In this document: piece after piece, positions 8,986 through 21,539 of the stretch
How positions within the stretch are numbered: the stretch's first letter is position 1
How the letters are laid out: every line of letters begins with the position of its first letter
Source: Schizochytrium sp. TIO01
Lineage: Eukaryota > Protista > Bigyra: Labyrinthulomycetes
Reading direction: 5' to 3'
DNA: 64,000 nt
Assembly (NCBI GenBank): GCA_004764695.1
Contig: SMSO01000032.1
Location: forward strand, 1,178,001-1,242,000
The notes under the pieces: model-generated
Told to the model about the DNA's origin: nothing
What the model saw: only the letters and a program-made list of their open reading frames with translations
The model's database searches: none
Program-made: the position numbers and the translations under genes

Positions 8986-11900
8986 TCTTCCATTGTTTCG
9001 CTGTTTGTCATTCTTTCATTCATTCTTTCTTCTCTCCCTCTCTTAAACAAGTTCTCTCTTTCTTTTCTCGTTCTTTCTTTCTTTCTTTCTTTCTTTCTTG
9101 GTTTCTTTTTCCCCTATTGAAAGGTAGGGACCCTAATTCCAAGCGATCGATTCCCTCTTCGAAATGTTTGCCCCCGTGCTTTTGGATGTTTGTGGCGCTG
9201 TGGTTCTTCCCCCGAAGTTCCTTCTCTCTTCACTTCACCACTCCACAGCTCCAACAATGCCACGCATAATTGAATCGACACGGCGTCAAACGTGCACTGG
9301 AAGCTCTACTTTGCTCTCTAGAGAGCACTTCCGCCGCCACCAGCCACAAGTTCACCGTCATCAACATCTTCAACATCACCAACATCATCAACATCGTCAT
9401 CAACAAAAACAAAACCAAAAACAAAAACAACACAGCAAAGACGGCCATCATCGCTCTTGGTTTGCCTCGAACCTCTCTGAATCTCGGTCGTCAGCCGACA
9501 TGATTAGTTGGTAATGCAAATCGATCAATCAATCAATCGATCAATCAATCAATCAATCAATCATATATATGTACCACATTCGACTCCCTCTGCGATGGCA
9601 TTTAATTGAGGTTCACGCGAGGCTCACACAGATGAAAACGCCTTTCGAGCTACGAGCGCAACTAAGGCTGTCGCAGCTCGAATTGCAGACCTAAGCGCGG
9701 GCTTTCCGCCACTCCAATCCGGTTCAAGCGAGGTCCTCTCTGTGAAGATTGCCACGCCATTCATTGATCGATCGCTGGCCATTTCTATGAACTGCGTGAG
9801 ATATGACTCAATTCTTCTTCTTCTTCTTCTTTTTCAGTCTTCTTCTTCGCTGATGAAGAGCGCATCTCCAAGTAAAGGCTCTCTAGAACCAGCTACGCAG
9901 TCCTAGTGCCTGCTATGCAATTGCACCATTGCAATTGCAATCATGCATGAACAGACAGGCGATTGTCATCTGACAGCAAAGACTTCAGCTATTGTGCAGG
10001 GAGGACCTCCACGGCGACCTCGAGAGATCGGCCTGGGAGCACAACTAATTGCGCAGCAGGATGCCATCCGTGGCGAAGAATTTATGGACGAGCAGAATGT
10101 CTTACTGCGCCTCTTTGCGTGTAAGAATAAAACATGCAGGAAGGAATCCTAAGTAAGATAATGCCAATACTATTTATTATTATTATTATTAGCAAATAAA
10201 GAACTTAAAGTACTTTTTAATTAATAAATGAAAATGATATTGATCCGGGTGGGGAAGCGAATCTTAGCAGATTCGTTCTTATTCTTATAGCTCGCTTTTG
10301 CTCAGTATCTTAAAGTTTGCAGACTGACGCATCGATCCTGAATACTTTGGACCCTCGCGACGAAGTGCCTGCATAGTACCACACCCTAAGATTTTCATTC
10401 CTCACGTTCGGTCACCTTTCTTCATTTCTGGGCACTGCTATATCTTTAGTTTTTTTGTTTTTTTTTTAATTAATTAAAAAATAGCAAATCCGGGTACAAC
10501 CAAGATCACTTTTCGCGCCCCATGGAATTGGCGAGGCAGGCGAGCTGTCCCACCCGATGTAGTTGCCAAGGCCCTGCATAAGCGCGCTTGAGCACAGCAT
10601 GCGCCTTTTGGCAGCCCGCGGAAAGATCGCGGCAGCTCGAGCGACTATGTTTTTTTGAGATGCGGGAACCAAGAACCAGGTGCTTCGGAAGAAGCTGGTC
10701 CTCGAGTTCGTCGTCAAGCTCATCCCCAGGCTCACTGGGCTTCCGACAGCCTCGTGGTCGCGTCCTTTGACGCATACGACGGTCCCTCGTTCTTGCACCA
10801 TGCGCCTGGCTTCGTCTCGCAGCAATAGCTTCTTGGTGAGTAGAGGAGGGAAACGACATCGCCTTCGTAGTGCGATGTCGTGACGCCGGTGCCGCTGGGG
10901 AGCACTGCGCTTCAACAGGTTCTTTGCCTTATCCTACGTTTGCGTTGTAGCGACCAGCGCTCTCGAGTTGCACCAAGAGGTGCGAAACGTCAAGCTCTGT
11001 TGCTTCTCAAGCTCCTCAAGCTCCTCAAGCTTGTGTTGGATTTCTTGAGCACGAAACATCGTCAACCTGTTCCCAGCTCGCCGTCAGACCAGAACAGCCG
11101 ACGGACGATAGTGCTGCGAGAGCAAAGGCAGCCACGCCATGTGCTAGCAAGCTTCTCGCGAAGATAGCAGAGCTTGAAACGCTTGCTCCACCTTGGCTCT
11201 CCCTCTTCGTCGCTGGTGAGCCTCGATTCCAACCCAAGCTCGAACTTTGGGTACCTAATCCCTAACCTGCATTCTCGTTGGAAAAAGTTACGATTTTCTC
11301 CCTCCACGCAAGTGTATGTATGTATGTATGTATGTATGGTTGTTTGTTTTGTATGCCTTAAACGTAGGCGTCGCTTTGTCAATTTTCTGTATCCTGTATC
11401 TACTGAGCCAGCTCCTCGGTGTCAGCGAATTTACACTGCGTCCACAGATTCGAACTGAGGAGATAGGAGACCTTGAAAGGCAAGTGCTGCTGCCTCTGGA
11501 GACGGCTAGTTGACAGAAATGATCGACTTGAACATGATCATTTTTAGAAGTTTTATTTTTTTCATCCTGATTTATTATAGGTAACATAATTGTGAATATA
11601 TATGTATGTATTCATTTGTTTTCTAAAAGAAAATAAAAAATAAAAATAAGATTACCAGCGAAGTGAATTTCTTAAGCGAAAACCTCGACTCGCAGCCACC
11701 ACCAAGACTAAGCGACACTTGGCAGGTAGGAGAGGAGGGCTCGTGGTTCTTAATTCAAAGATCTTCGTCAGCATCCCCCTTACGGGGTGCGCAAAATAAA
11801 AGCTACTGGTATCTAGCTTCTGAGTCAGCGAGTTAAGCATCCAGCTTAAATTATTGCTCCATTTTCGTCCTTTTCAATTAAAAAAATGATACAATAAATG

Positions 11901-12574
11901 ACAGATTAAAAAAATAGAAAATAAAATAAAAAAGGTACTTAGCAGGAGCAAAGCATAGTAGGCTAAATCTAATTTCAGCAAAGGCTATGGCCGTCTCTTC
12001 CATCGTTACTTCCACGCCCGATTAAAGCCTCCAAGAAGCGCACAGTTTTCCGAGGCTCTCCAGAAACATAAAGTTTGGAAAGAATTGGGTATTACCTTGA
12101 ATATGTTCTCTCATAAAGGGAAAAGGAAAAAGAAGTTCTCGCTATCTACTACTACTACTGGCTAGAACCACTTAAAATGCAAATCAATGAACCCCAAAGG
12201 CTAACTTTGCAGAACGCATTCGAAACTGATCGACATATACCTTATCACAAACTCCAACCATATACAATCCTGACATATGTAGATGAAAGCTTTTCCGGCA
12301 CGACTTCTAAATTACATCTTCGATTCTCACTAGCTAACAGGGTCTATTAGTAGGGAAAGAGACTTATGTGTGTTTGAATAGGTCCTTTAAAATATTGTCC
12401 CATCCAATCGACGAGGAGAATGAATCAAGAGTAGAAAGAAAAGGAGCGAGAGATCGCGATCTCAACGGAGACTGTGGTCTGCTTCTCACGTCGCTCCCGT
12501 TTATGCGCGAACGCGATCTCATATACAAGTCCTGAACTTCCCCAGCTTCGCTCCACAGGGCTTCCTTGAGCGCA

Positions 12575-14041
12575 ATGCCGCCTCGTGTGTGGCTTGAGAT
12601 TGGCGTGAACGGCAAGTCCGTAGGCACTTTAAGATGCGACCTCTTCGGCGAGCGTGCTCCCCGCACTGTGGAGAACTTCCGCGCTCTGTGTACGGGTGAG
12701 AAAGGATCCTCTCCTGACGGCCAGCGCCTCCACTTCAAGGCATCCACTTTTCACAGGCTCATCCCAGGCTTCATGATCCAAGGCGGGGACATTGTCTCAA
12801 ATGATGGAACGGGCTCAGTGTCTATTTACGGTGAGACCTTTGGAGACGAAGATTACATTCGCAGAGGAAAACACGCTTTGAGAGGCGCTCTATCCATGGC
12901 AAATTCGGGCCCTAATTCGAATGGATCTCAGTTCTTCATCCTCTTTGACCGTGCGCCGCATCTGGATGGCAAGCACGTGGTCTTTGGCCAGGTCTCTACA
13001 GGTGCACAGGTCTTGGATATTTTGGAGGGCCTTCGGACTGGTCCTGGGGACAAGCCTCTTGCGAAAGTGGAAATCCTTGACTGTGGAGAATGCGAAGACG
13101 ATGAGGATGACCTGAGATCGGATAATCCTGCAGATGCCGCTTCGCATGCACAAGATGTGGTACAACAGACCATGGAGAGGCATGCATCGAACCTTCGCCG
13201 AGATGCCGAAAGGCTTAACAAGGCTGCCGAAGGGAAATCTTTTCCAATTCCAACAGCGGCAAATCCAACGGCAGTCTACGAGGATGGAGAAGCTCGCAGG
13301 GCTGCACTTGAGCGCCTGGATCAGGCTCAGGATGCAGCTCGGGCAGCAGCTTCAGGCCAGGATGGAGGTTACGCTGGTAAGATGAGCGAACGACAGCGCA
13401 AGCTGATGGAACTTCGACAGCGCAAGGCCCAAGCTCGCAGTGAAAACAGCAAGCAAGTTATGGCAGAACATGAAAGAGATGCAAAGTCTAAAGCTTCTGC
13501 TGGCAAGGAAGCTGCGAACGAACGCTGGAAACGCACTGAGGAAGAACGCAAAAAACAGCTTGAACTGCTTGGCGTTGGCGAGGACAAAGCGTACCTTCTG
13601 GATACCGCAGAAAAGGCTGCTCGTGTGCAAGCTAGCAAGCAGAAGAAAGTTGACAATATCCTTGCTGCGAAGCAGGCTCATCCGTTTGATGATTCTACCA
13701 TTCTTCGTGCTTATGATAAGCAGGTTCAGAAACTTAAACAGCTCGATGGCGATGACGACCAAGCTCAGGCGAAGCGGGAGCGTACGAGCCTTCGCGAGAG
13801 TGAGCTTTCATATGGCTCGAATGGCGCGGTTTCGGATTCAGCTAAGGACCGCATGATGCAAACTTTTGCAGAGTCAGAAAACCCTCGCAAGCGTCTGCGC
13901 AACACGAGTGCATTGCTGGAGGGCGAGGTTGTGAACGGTATCAATGGTCTCAATGAGAAGATCAGCCGGAACCTTTCCAAGGCCTATGACAAGTACACCA
14001 CTGAGATTCGCCAGAATTTTGAGCGTGGTACAGCCCTGTGA
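12575..14041 (+). CDS. Cyclophilin-type PPIase fused to a C-terminal SYF2 splicing-factor domain
   Basis: N-term: APRTVENFRALCTGEKG, FHRLIPGFMIQGGD, SMANSGPNSNGSQFFI, HLDGKHVVFGQV. C-term: INGLNEKISRNLSKAYDKYTTEIRQNFERGTAL matches the SYF2 C-terminal consensus. First ATG at 12575 (ORF track starts at a TTG). Confidence 0.93.
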   Translation: MPPRVWLEIGVNGKSVGTLRCDLFGERAPRTVENFRALCTGEKGSSPDGQRLHFKASTFHRLIPGFMIQGGDIVSNDGTGSVSIYGETFGDEDYIRRGKHALRGALSMANSGPNSNGSQFFILFDRAPHLDGKHVVFGQVSTGAQVLDILEGLRTGPGDKPLAKVEILDCGECEDDEDDLRSDNPADAASHAQDVVQQTMERHASNLRRDAERLNKAAEGKSFPIPTAANPTAVYEDGEARRAALERLDQAQDAARAAASGQDGGYAGKMSERQRKLMELRQRKAQARSENSKQVMAEHERDAKSKASAGKEAANERWKRTEEERKKQLELLGVGEDKAYLLDTAEKAARVQASKQKKVDNILAAKQAHPFDDSTILRAYDKQVQKLKQLDGDDDQAQAKRERTSLRESELSYGSNGAVSDSAKDRMMQTFAESENPRKRLRNTSALLEGEVVNGINGLNEKISRNLSKAYDKYTTEIRQNFERGTAL

Positions 14042-14574
14042 CGACACAAAACCTGTAGCAAACAAATTCTTTACACCTGTGTATTAGCAGGATACAGTTA
14101 TCTTCGCGAACTTTTTTCTTATTTATTCGCAGTGAGGTGCGCCTTTCACTCTGATGGAAAGGAGAGGAAATGAACTTATACTATTTACTGAGCTTCTATC
14201 TGCTTAGTAAGCATGCCGGCTAGAGGTTATTTGCTTCTTTGACTTGAAGAAAAAGATCATTTTTATAAAACAAGCAGCAGCTATCCTCAACAACATCATA
14301 ACACATAAATATAATTACCAATGGCTAAACTCGACCTGAGAGCATAATTAACTTCTCTTTTTGTTTCTTTCCTTGTCTCACTCACAAATTTGTTTCTTTT
14401 CAAAATGATTTTAAAAATTGTAGATCAGCTTTTTTTAAAGCTTCTCGTAGAATAGAATAGGTAGTTATTAAGTGCATCCTCATCATGATGAAGATAATAC
14501 TATACCATGATAGCGTTGTTCTGGGTTGGTAGTCTCGTTACTCGCCGCACAGTTCGAGGGTCCTGAGCAGCGCA

Positions 14575-14721
14575 ATGTCTGACCAAGGTGGACAACACCC
14601 AGGTGGAGTAGCATCAAGACCTCCCATTCTTCGGCAAGGTCTTTCTCCAAACCCGCAGCAGCAGTCTTCGTCCGTAAGTCAGGATAGAGGTCCATGGAAA
14701 GGAGGCCCATCTCCTCTTCCT

Positions 14722-14757
<36 letters not shown>

Positions 14758-16158
14758 CAACAGCAATACTACCAGCAACAACATCCATTTGACGCGCAAA
14801 AAACTCTGACTATGAACGAACCCAAGGCCACTCTTCCGCGGCCAATTGCTGCAGCATCTTCTGGCCCGGGCAACGTCAACGATTTCACAAATAGCTCCGG
14901 AGCAGGTATCGGTAGCTCAAAAGATTTCTACATGAGCTATCTCCCACAGGACGAGCGTATATTGCAAGTATGGGGTACTAATGGCGTAATTCCAGATAGT
15001 CGGTCCACAGAAGAACTTGAAGATGAACTTAAACAACATCCTGATGATTCTGAGGACGACCTCCTCTTCGTACTCTGCTCGTGGACATGGCGGGGATGTG
15101 TGGAGCAAGTCTTGAGTGTACTAGATCGCGATTCAAACCGATTCAAGTCTGAGCCGTTCCGAGTTCTCCGTGCATCCTTACTCATGAAATTGGGCAGGCA
15201 AAAGGAAGCAACTGAAATTGTCGAGCTCTTGCAGCAAAGTAAAACAATTGCCGCAAAGATCCTGTGCGCAGTCGTTACCTTCGAATGGAATGAGCGTTCT
15301 ACGGCAGTCGACATGTTGTTCAAACTGCAGGGCCAGTTGAAACAAATTGCTGAAAACTTCTCTCTGGCTGAAACCCAAGAGGTTTCTCACACACTATTTG
15401 ACACCTTCCACGAACCTTTGACTCCAGAAGCTGCCAGACGATGGCATCAGCAAGTAATGGCTCTCCTTGTCTCCTGCTATGCCACTACCGGAAACTACCT
15501 TGTGGCTCTTGAACTATGTAATTCTGCGCTTGATGAACTTTCCCAAATTTCCCTCGAAGATGACAGCCTGGGCGATGCTGCATCTATCAATGAAGCATAT
15601 GCTCCTACTCTGTTGCAAATCGCACGTCTCCGTTTACAAATGGGTGACGTCGAAGGAGCACGTTGTGTGCTTGAGGACCTTCAGACATATGACAACTTGA
15701 ATTGGACCAACGGAAGTGGAGTCCAGGTTCTTCGGGGACTATGTGAGTTTGGTGAGGGGAATATGGAGGAGGCTAAAGAAACTTTCGCCAAACTCATAAG
15801 CCAGGTAAATGGGCCAGACTCCCCAGCTGAAGATGTAGTGCAGCCCTATTCACGAAAAGATATGATGTCTGCCTTAGTAGATGTCCAAGAGCCATTGGCA
15901 GCTACTCTGGCGAATAACCTTGCGCTTTGCCAATTAAACTTGTGCGACTTAGAGGGGGCCATGGGTGTCTTGGAGGATTGCATCCGTGCGAACCCAATTC
16001 GAAACATGCATCGCACCCTAGTGTTTAACCTTTGTACATTGTATGACTTGGCTCGATCGAAAGAGCAAAGTCGTCAAGCAAAACTTGACTTGCAAAGACT
16101 TGCAGAAATGTTGAAAATTGGCCAGAGGTTTGATGCACAAAAAGATTTACGTCTATGA
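14575..16158 (+). CDS. TRAPPC12: TPR protein, TRAPPC12/TTC15-like, with N-terminal polyQ
   Basis: C-terminal ANNLALCQLNLCDLEGAMGVLEDCIRANP...HRTLVFNLCTLYDL...FDAQKDLRL resembles the TRAPPC12 C-terminus as I recall it; helical TPR-like repeats; (CAG)n polyQ ~14722-14766. Confidence 0.75.
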
Positions 16159-16650
16159 TTTTATGGAAAGTACTATTTAGCATATCAAAACCATTTTTTT
16201 TTAAATGGCATGACGTGCCACTTTTAACAAGTCCAGAACTTTTAGACTTACGAAGAATAACATTAGAATAGCCACTAGACCGAATTTACGTTTCATGATT
16301 TTGTCTAGATTTTGGTCTACTGCTAGAGGCATAAACTGATGAGCTCTGTTTGGAGAGGTAGCTCCAAAACTGGTCAGCACGAAGCAATAAAATATGAAAA
16401 GCATGGTTACACTGTGGCAACAACGATAGAGAGCTACATTTGAGAATGGACAGAAAAAAATTGGTTGTGATTGGTCATATCGCATTTTCTTCAGACTTGT
16501 GAGGATGGTGATAGTAGGCAATGTATTTTAGTCAGAAGCAAAAATAAGAAGATCTCTTTAAGCTCTCTTGCCAAAAATTTTCTATCTTGTGCAAGAGGGC
16601 GGGCCACTTGTCGATTCGTTTCATGGGATGTTTGCATGGTAATATTTCCA

Positions 16651-17073
16651 TTACTCAAGAGTCAAAGGCTGATAGCTATATCCAGCGATTTCCCCTTGTA
16701 CCAGTTCATATTCGCCCTTGCATGCACTACGTTTCATACACGTCTGGGTATTGAGAAGAAGGACTTTGTTTCGCTTGCAGGCACACTGTGGTTCAAGATA
16801 GCGCAACTCACATGTAACCGAGGCAGCCACGGTTGCAGCAATTGCAGCTTCCTTTTCAGAGCTTTTGACACAGACTGGCGGGCAAGGCTCTAACAAGTCC
16901 CATGCCATTTTCTTGGGGCATACTTCTGCTGAGCTAGCTTTCTTTTTAAGATCACGCTTCGCAATTTCTGTAGCAGATTTTTCACCAAGCCGAGCTCCTT
17001 GAGTGAAACCTGCGTACACCAAGCAGAGCATTGCGAGGAGGAAAATACCTCGCAGTGAAAAAATGCGCTGCAT
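16651..17073 (-). CDS. Small secreted Cys-rich protein, TIL (trypsin-inhibitor-like) fold with 8 of 10 Cys
   Basis: Signal-peptide-like N-term (IFLLAMLCLVYAG), KR dibasic site, then CP..C-x3-C...C-x8-C-x-C-x12-C-x5-C spacing. Confidence 0.65.
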   Translation of the reverse strand: MQRIFSLRGIFLLAMLCLVYAGFTQGARLGEKSATEIAKRDLKKKASSAEVCPKKMAWDLLEPCPPVCVKSSEKEAAIAATVAASVTCELRYLEPQCACKRNKVLLLNTQTCMKRSACKGEYELVQGEIAGYSYQPLTLE

Positions 17074-17769
17074 CCTTAACTTCGTAGCTTTTTAGGTTCT
17101 GAATGCCCTTGGCAGTGTGAGAAATTGATGTAAACACGTGTAGGATCCTTTCTTGTGCTTGCCTGCTTGAAAATGGGCGCACTGAGTCTTCAAAGACTTC
17201 GCTCTTCTCCTAATCCCTTGAATGCACTTTGCTCCTATTTCTCAACTCAATGCTACAAGCAGCGCTCCACACAAAGGGGATTTGCTTAGCGCCTCATGTT
17301 GAGGGGGTCCGCGCTACTCTATTGAGAGCATAATAAAAACCGAACATAAAGAGAAACGAGAAAACAAATATATGCGTTACGTCCTACTTAACTTGCATAG
17401 AACGACATATGGCAATTAGGACAATTTAGCCGAAAAAGACCTAACGCGCAGGATGTAGCGTTGGGGCGCGTGTTTACCCTGCGGCATTTGCAACTACGCC
17501 AGACAAAGGTTCTGAAGAGTGAACATGCCGTGTTTGTTAAGACTGACTTTAAAAAACAATAAAAAAAAACAATGATAGGTACGTGCGCACCGTCCTCAAT
17601 ATGGCGACCCGCTGAGTGTATCCAGGTTTTAAAACATTGTTTAAAAGGAAAAGGAAGGTGAACACAGGTGTTCTCATATATGTAACAAGAAGTGGCACGT
17701 TCTCAGGTTAAGCACAATTGACCCACTTTTGCTAACTCATAATAGGTTGATAGAAGTGCGCAGTAGTTT

Positions 17770-17795
17770 GGGAAAGGGGTGGGGGGTGGGGGGGG
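17770..17795 (+). other. G-quadruplex-forming G-tract
   Basis: GGGAAAGGGGTGGGGGGTGGGGGGGG: four G-runs of >=3 with 1-3 nt loops. Confidence 0.55.
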
Positions 17796-18382
17796 AATAT
17801 ACACTAGGCGATGGTATGGCCCCCAATTCTGAGTATGAGCAGAGATCTGCCCATACTAAATCCTGGTTTCTCAATTAGAAATCGTGTTTAAGTTTGGATG
17901 TTGACAACGCTAAAGAAAGTGAGCCGGTTCATAATGACAGAACGTCAGCGCTAGCTACATGCCTGGATTGTTCACAGTGCAAGGTATCCCTTACATGAGA
18001 AAATTGGAGTCCAAAGGAAGACGTAGGAATAGATATGAAGTGAGCTGGTAATGCTAAAAGAAAAGGAAGGAAAGAGGTAGTCACGAAGCCGGGAGTGCGA
18101 TTCTAGTAGTGAAACGGTATCTCCTCTCAAAAAGAGTTGAGCCCATCACCAATAGTAAAAAATCTTCTGTTTGCTCTAATTCTTTCGAAGAACTAAGTTT
18201 ATGGTAAGACAGATATCACAAGCAGGATTCAAACAGCTTCTGCTAATGCCAAACAAAAGTGCTATTAAAGAGAGTAAGATTACGGTCTATAGGCATATTC
18301 TTTTTAAAATTTGGTTTACTTTGTATATGGGGGTATGGTATGTACTCGATTAAGTGGGAGTTGCAGGAACAAAATCATCTTT

Positions 18383-19237
18383 TCATGGGTTTGCGGCGGC
18401 CTCGCGCTCAGCAGAGTATTTGTCGTGGTGGTTGTAAGTATCACCAGAGAAGACCTGCGTCCAGCCGTTCTCCTTCACCAAATATACGTTGTTGACACCA
18501 CCGGAGTAGGCATCACGGTAGGTAGCATGGTAGATGGCGCGCTTGCCAAGCTCGATGGCATCCTCGTCAGAGAGATCGTAGTGGTAGCTTGAGTCAAGCA
18601 CACCATAAGCGTAAGTACCACCAGAACCAACACAGAAGAAGGGCTTATCAGCATCTGCCTTGAGGCGCGTACCATCGTTATCAACATAAAAGAGCTGGGG
18701 TCCACGCTTATCCCAGCCAGTGATCATGGTTCCCATGGACAGGCCCATGCCCTTGTAGTAGTTCATCGTGTTTGCCAACAGCTTAGAAGCTGCTGCGACG
18801 GAAATGCGTTCCTTGTTGCGAAGCTCGAACATGCGGCACTGCATACCAAGGTTACGCTCCCAGAAGAGACAGTCGGCAGCACCACCAGCCATGGTACCGA
18901 GCAGGTACGGGTTGATCTCAATGACCTTCTTCACAGTCTGAGAGCCAATGTATGATCCCTGAGAGGCACGAGAATCCACGGAAACAATAACACCGCCCTT
19001 AAAGATAAAAGCCAAAGTAGTTGTACCCTTGGAGAACTTCACTCGCTGGCCATTGTCTTCATACGTACCAGGACTGAAGTTCTGCGAAACGAACTCGGCA
19101 GGCATCTGCACACCGGGCAGAGCGAAGGCCATCTCGTTGTGCTGGAGGCTCATGGCACCGGCCATGTCCATGCGAGCAGGGCCAGAGCCCATAGAGTCGC
19201 GGAAGAGACCGCGGGAGGGGGCTTGCAGAAGATCCAT
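18383..19237 (-). CDS. PSMB5: 20S proteasome subunit beta type-5
   Basis: Propeptide then KG/TTTLAF (catalytic Thr1), [43 protein letters not shown]. Confidence 0.98.
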   Translation of the reverse strand: MDLLQAPSRGLFRDSMGSGPARMDMAGAMSLQHNEMAFALPGVQMPAEFVSQNFSPGTYEDNGQRVKFSKGTTTLAFIFKGGVIVSVDSRASQGSYIGSQTVKKVIEINPYLLGTMAGGAADCLFWERNLGMQCRMFELRNKERISVAAASKLLANTMNYYKGMGLSMGTMITGWDKRGPQLFYVDNDGTRLKADADKPFFCVGSGGTYAYGVLDSSYHYDLSDEDAIELGKRAIYHATYRDAYSGGVNNVYLVKENGWTQVFSGDTYNHHDKYSAEREAAANP

Positions 19238-21539
19238 AGTGACTAACTTGAGTTAAAACAGAAGATATAAATTGAGGTTAAAGCAGACGAGCTTTAAGTC
19301 TTCAACCGCTCAACGAGAGGATGAAGGAGATGAAGGATACTCGGGTTGAGTTCACTTGCAATACAAAGTGCAGAGTGAAGGACTAGGAAGGATCGAAGGG
19401 CTGCTTGCGCACGCACTCGATCGATCAAGGAAGCGATGCACAGTCAGTCACACGCTCTGCTTCACAGCAAAGAGCGAGCAAACAAGGGTTTGCTTTGCTC
19501 TGCTTTGATTTGTTTGCCTTCTTTCTTCTTATTTTCTGTCTCTTCCTTCAACAATGAGACTATCTGATCAACGAGTCTTCCTTAGTGAGGATCGAAGCTT
19601 CGTTGAATGGGGGGCATTGTGCTTGGTTGTTAGTTTCACCGTGTCTACCTTCATAAAAGTTATAATATGGAAAACCATATATTAAAGTTTATCCGATTGT
19701 CCGAAGTTATAATGTGCCTGGGCTTGCAACGTTGTGGTGATATAAGTGAGAAGTAGAGAGCTCTTACGATATTGTAGGTGCCATTTGGTCATGAAAACTC
19801 GTGTGGGCAGATCAGCATCAAGGCACAGGCGCAGAATTTAAACAAAATAGTATGAAAGGGTGAATTCGAAGTTCTGCAGGGTGCATGTTGCGATAGCGAT
19901 TATGAACAAAACAAAAAAATTCAACTGATCAAACTTTTGAAGGTAGGGGAAAGCACTATGCAACTTTGTCGTACATAGACTTGCTTCTCTATAACGTAGG
20001 TATGGACAACTTCCTTCTGATCGATCAGAGTGAACTAATCAGTGGTCCATTAGCAAATTTGCTCGATATATTTTTGGTCAAGAATCGATTGTTTTCGACT
20101 GCTGTCCTCTTCCAGAAGTGTCTGCTCTTTAGAATTGGAATGATACATTAGATTTAAATATCTGGGCCTCCTCCATATTGCTCAAATCTCGTAGCGAACA
20201 GTAAAAGTGACGCTACAGGACAAAATGTTCCTGTTTATAACTGTGTAGTTTACGCCGAGGCTTATATTTGAAGAGCTGCGCAAACCAGACGTATTAGTTG
20301 GCAAATCCGAGGTTACTAAAAGATAAAAACAAAAGCCCTTACACAGTAAGTAGTCAATGTCTCGTCCAAAAGACGAAGCATAGGTATGAGTATCTGATAA
20401 AGAAAGCTATTCCAAATATAAAGCGGTCGTTTGAAATTGCCCTCCAACTATGACTCGCCTATGTGAGCTTGGTTCATACTATCTAGAATGAGTGAACTTC
20501 TCCTAATGACCGATAAAAATGTCAACATATAGTTGACTCGTGAGCCTAGCTTTGCGAAGAATCTTTACGGTGTATAACACAACCAAACTTCTCGAGCTTT
20601 CCATATTTCCCTTCCATCAATAGCATTTATACGTTTACTACTACTTGTTATTTCATTACTAGTTTGAGGTCAAAAATTGGAAGAACCAATAGCCCTAACA
20701 AAGACGGCTGGAGTCCTATCCTATGTGTGAGGTATGGGAAAATAATCTGTCGCTGGACCTGATGGTGTTAGTACCATCAAGCCGAAACCATCAAGATTAA
20801 GGTGCGGATCGACCCACAAGATCTTCTGAAATACACATGAGTGAGATCAAACCCATGGTTGGCTATTCGGAAAAAAACCTGACCCCGAATGACGTCCGTG
20901 GATCTTGCGTAGACACTATGGTAGTTCGTATATCAATATACTAACTGTAATGATCAGGAAATCTTGATTACTTTGCCAAGGTCACCCTTCATTTGTTATT
21001 GTACTCACTACACACTTTCTACCTATTCATCGCATTTCCATTTTCATTTTTAAAGCTTCTAATTATCAAGAGTCAACTTTCAGTACATGTGCTCTCTTGC
21101 ACGGCAAGTCATTTAAGCTCTCACATTCAGCCTGCTGGTATTGTTGTAATTTTAATCACATACAAGCTGTTAAACATGCAAATATCTAGATTCGATTGGA
21201 TACTTATTTAGAGCATATGGTTCAATATTCAGTCAGGAATCCTCAAGCAAGAAGGATACAACATCAGTTAAAATGATTCTACCTATTGCAGGTGGATACA
21301 CACTTCAAAAAACATAGAGACGTTCTCATTTGCAATCTTTTAAATATAATGCTCTACATCTCTCAACAAAATCATATTGGAATCTAGGCTTGGTGCTCCC
21401 CTTCCAAGTGTTATTGGTCGAGTCACAAGTATTGAATACTCAAAGAATTGTGTTGAATGTTTTAGTCTAATACCTCGTTGCATTCAGCTTCATGACTGAG
21501 AATCTGTTAGATTTTCTATATGAACTGTGTCCTTAACTT

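Noticed and set aside
8697-9514. ORFs with KQTN/CLFV repeats and His/Gln-rich text
   Set aside because: Translations of (TTTG)n and CAT/CAA microsatellites.
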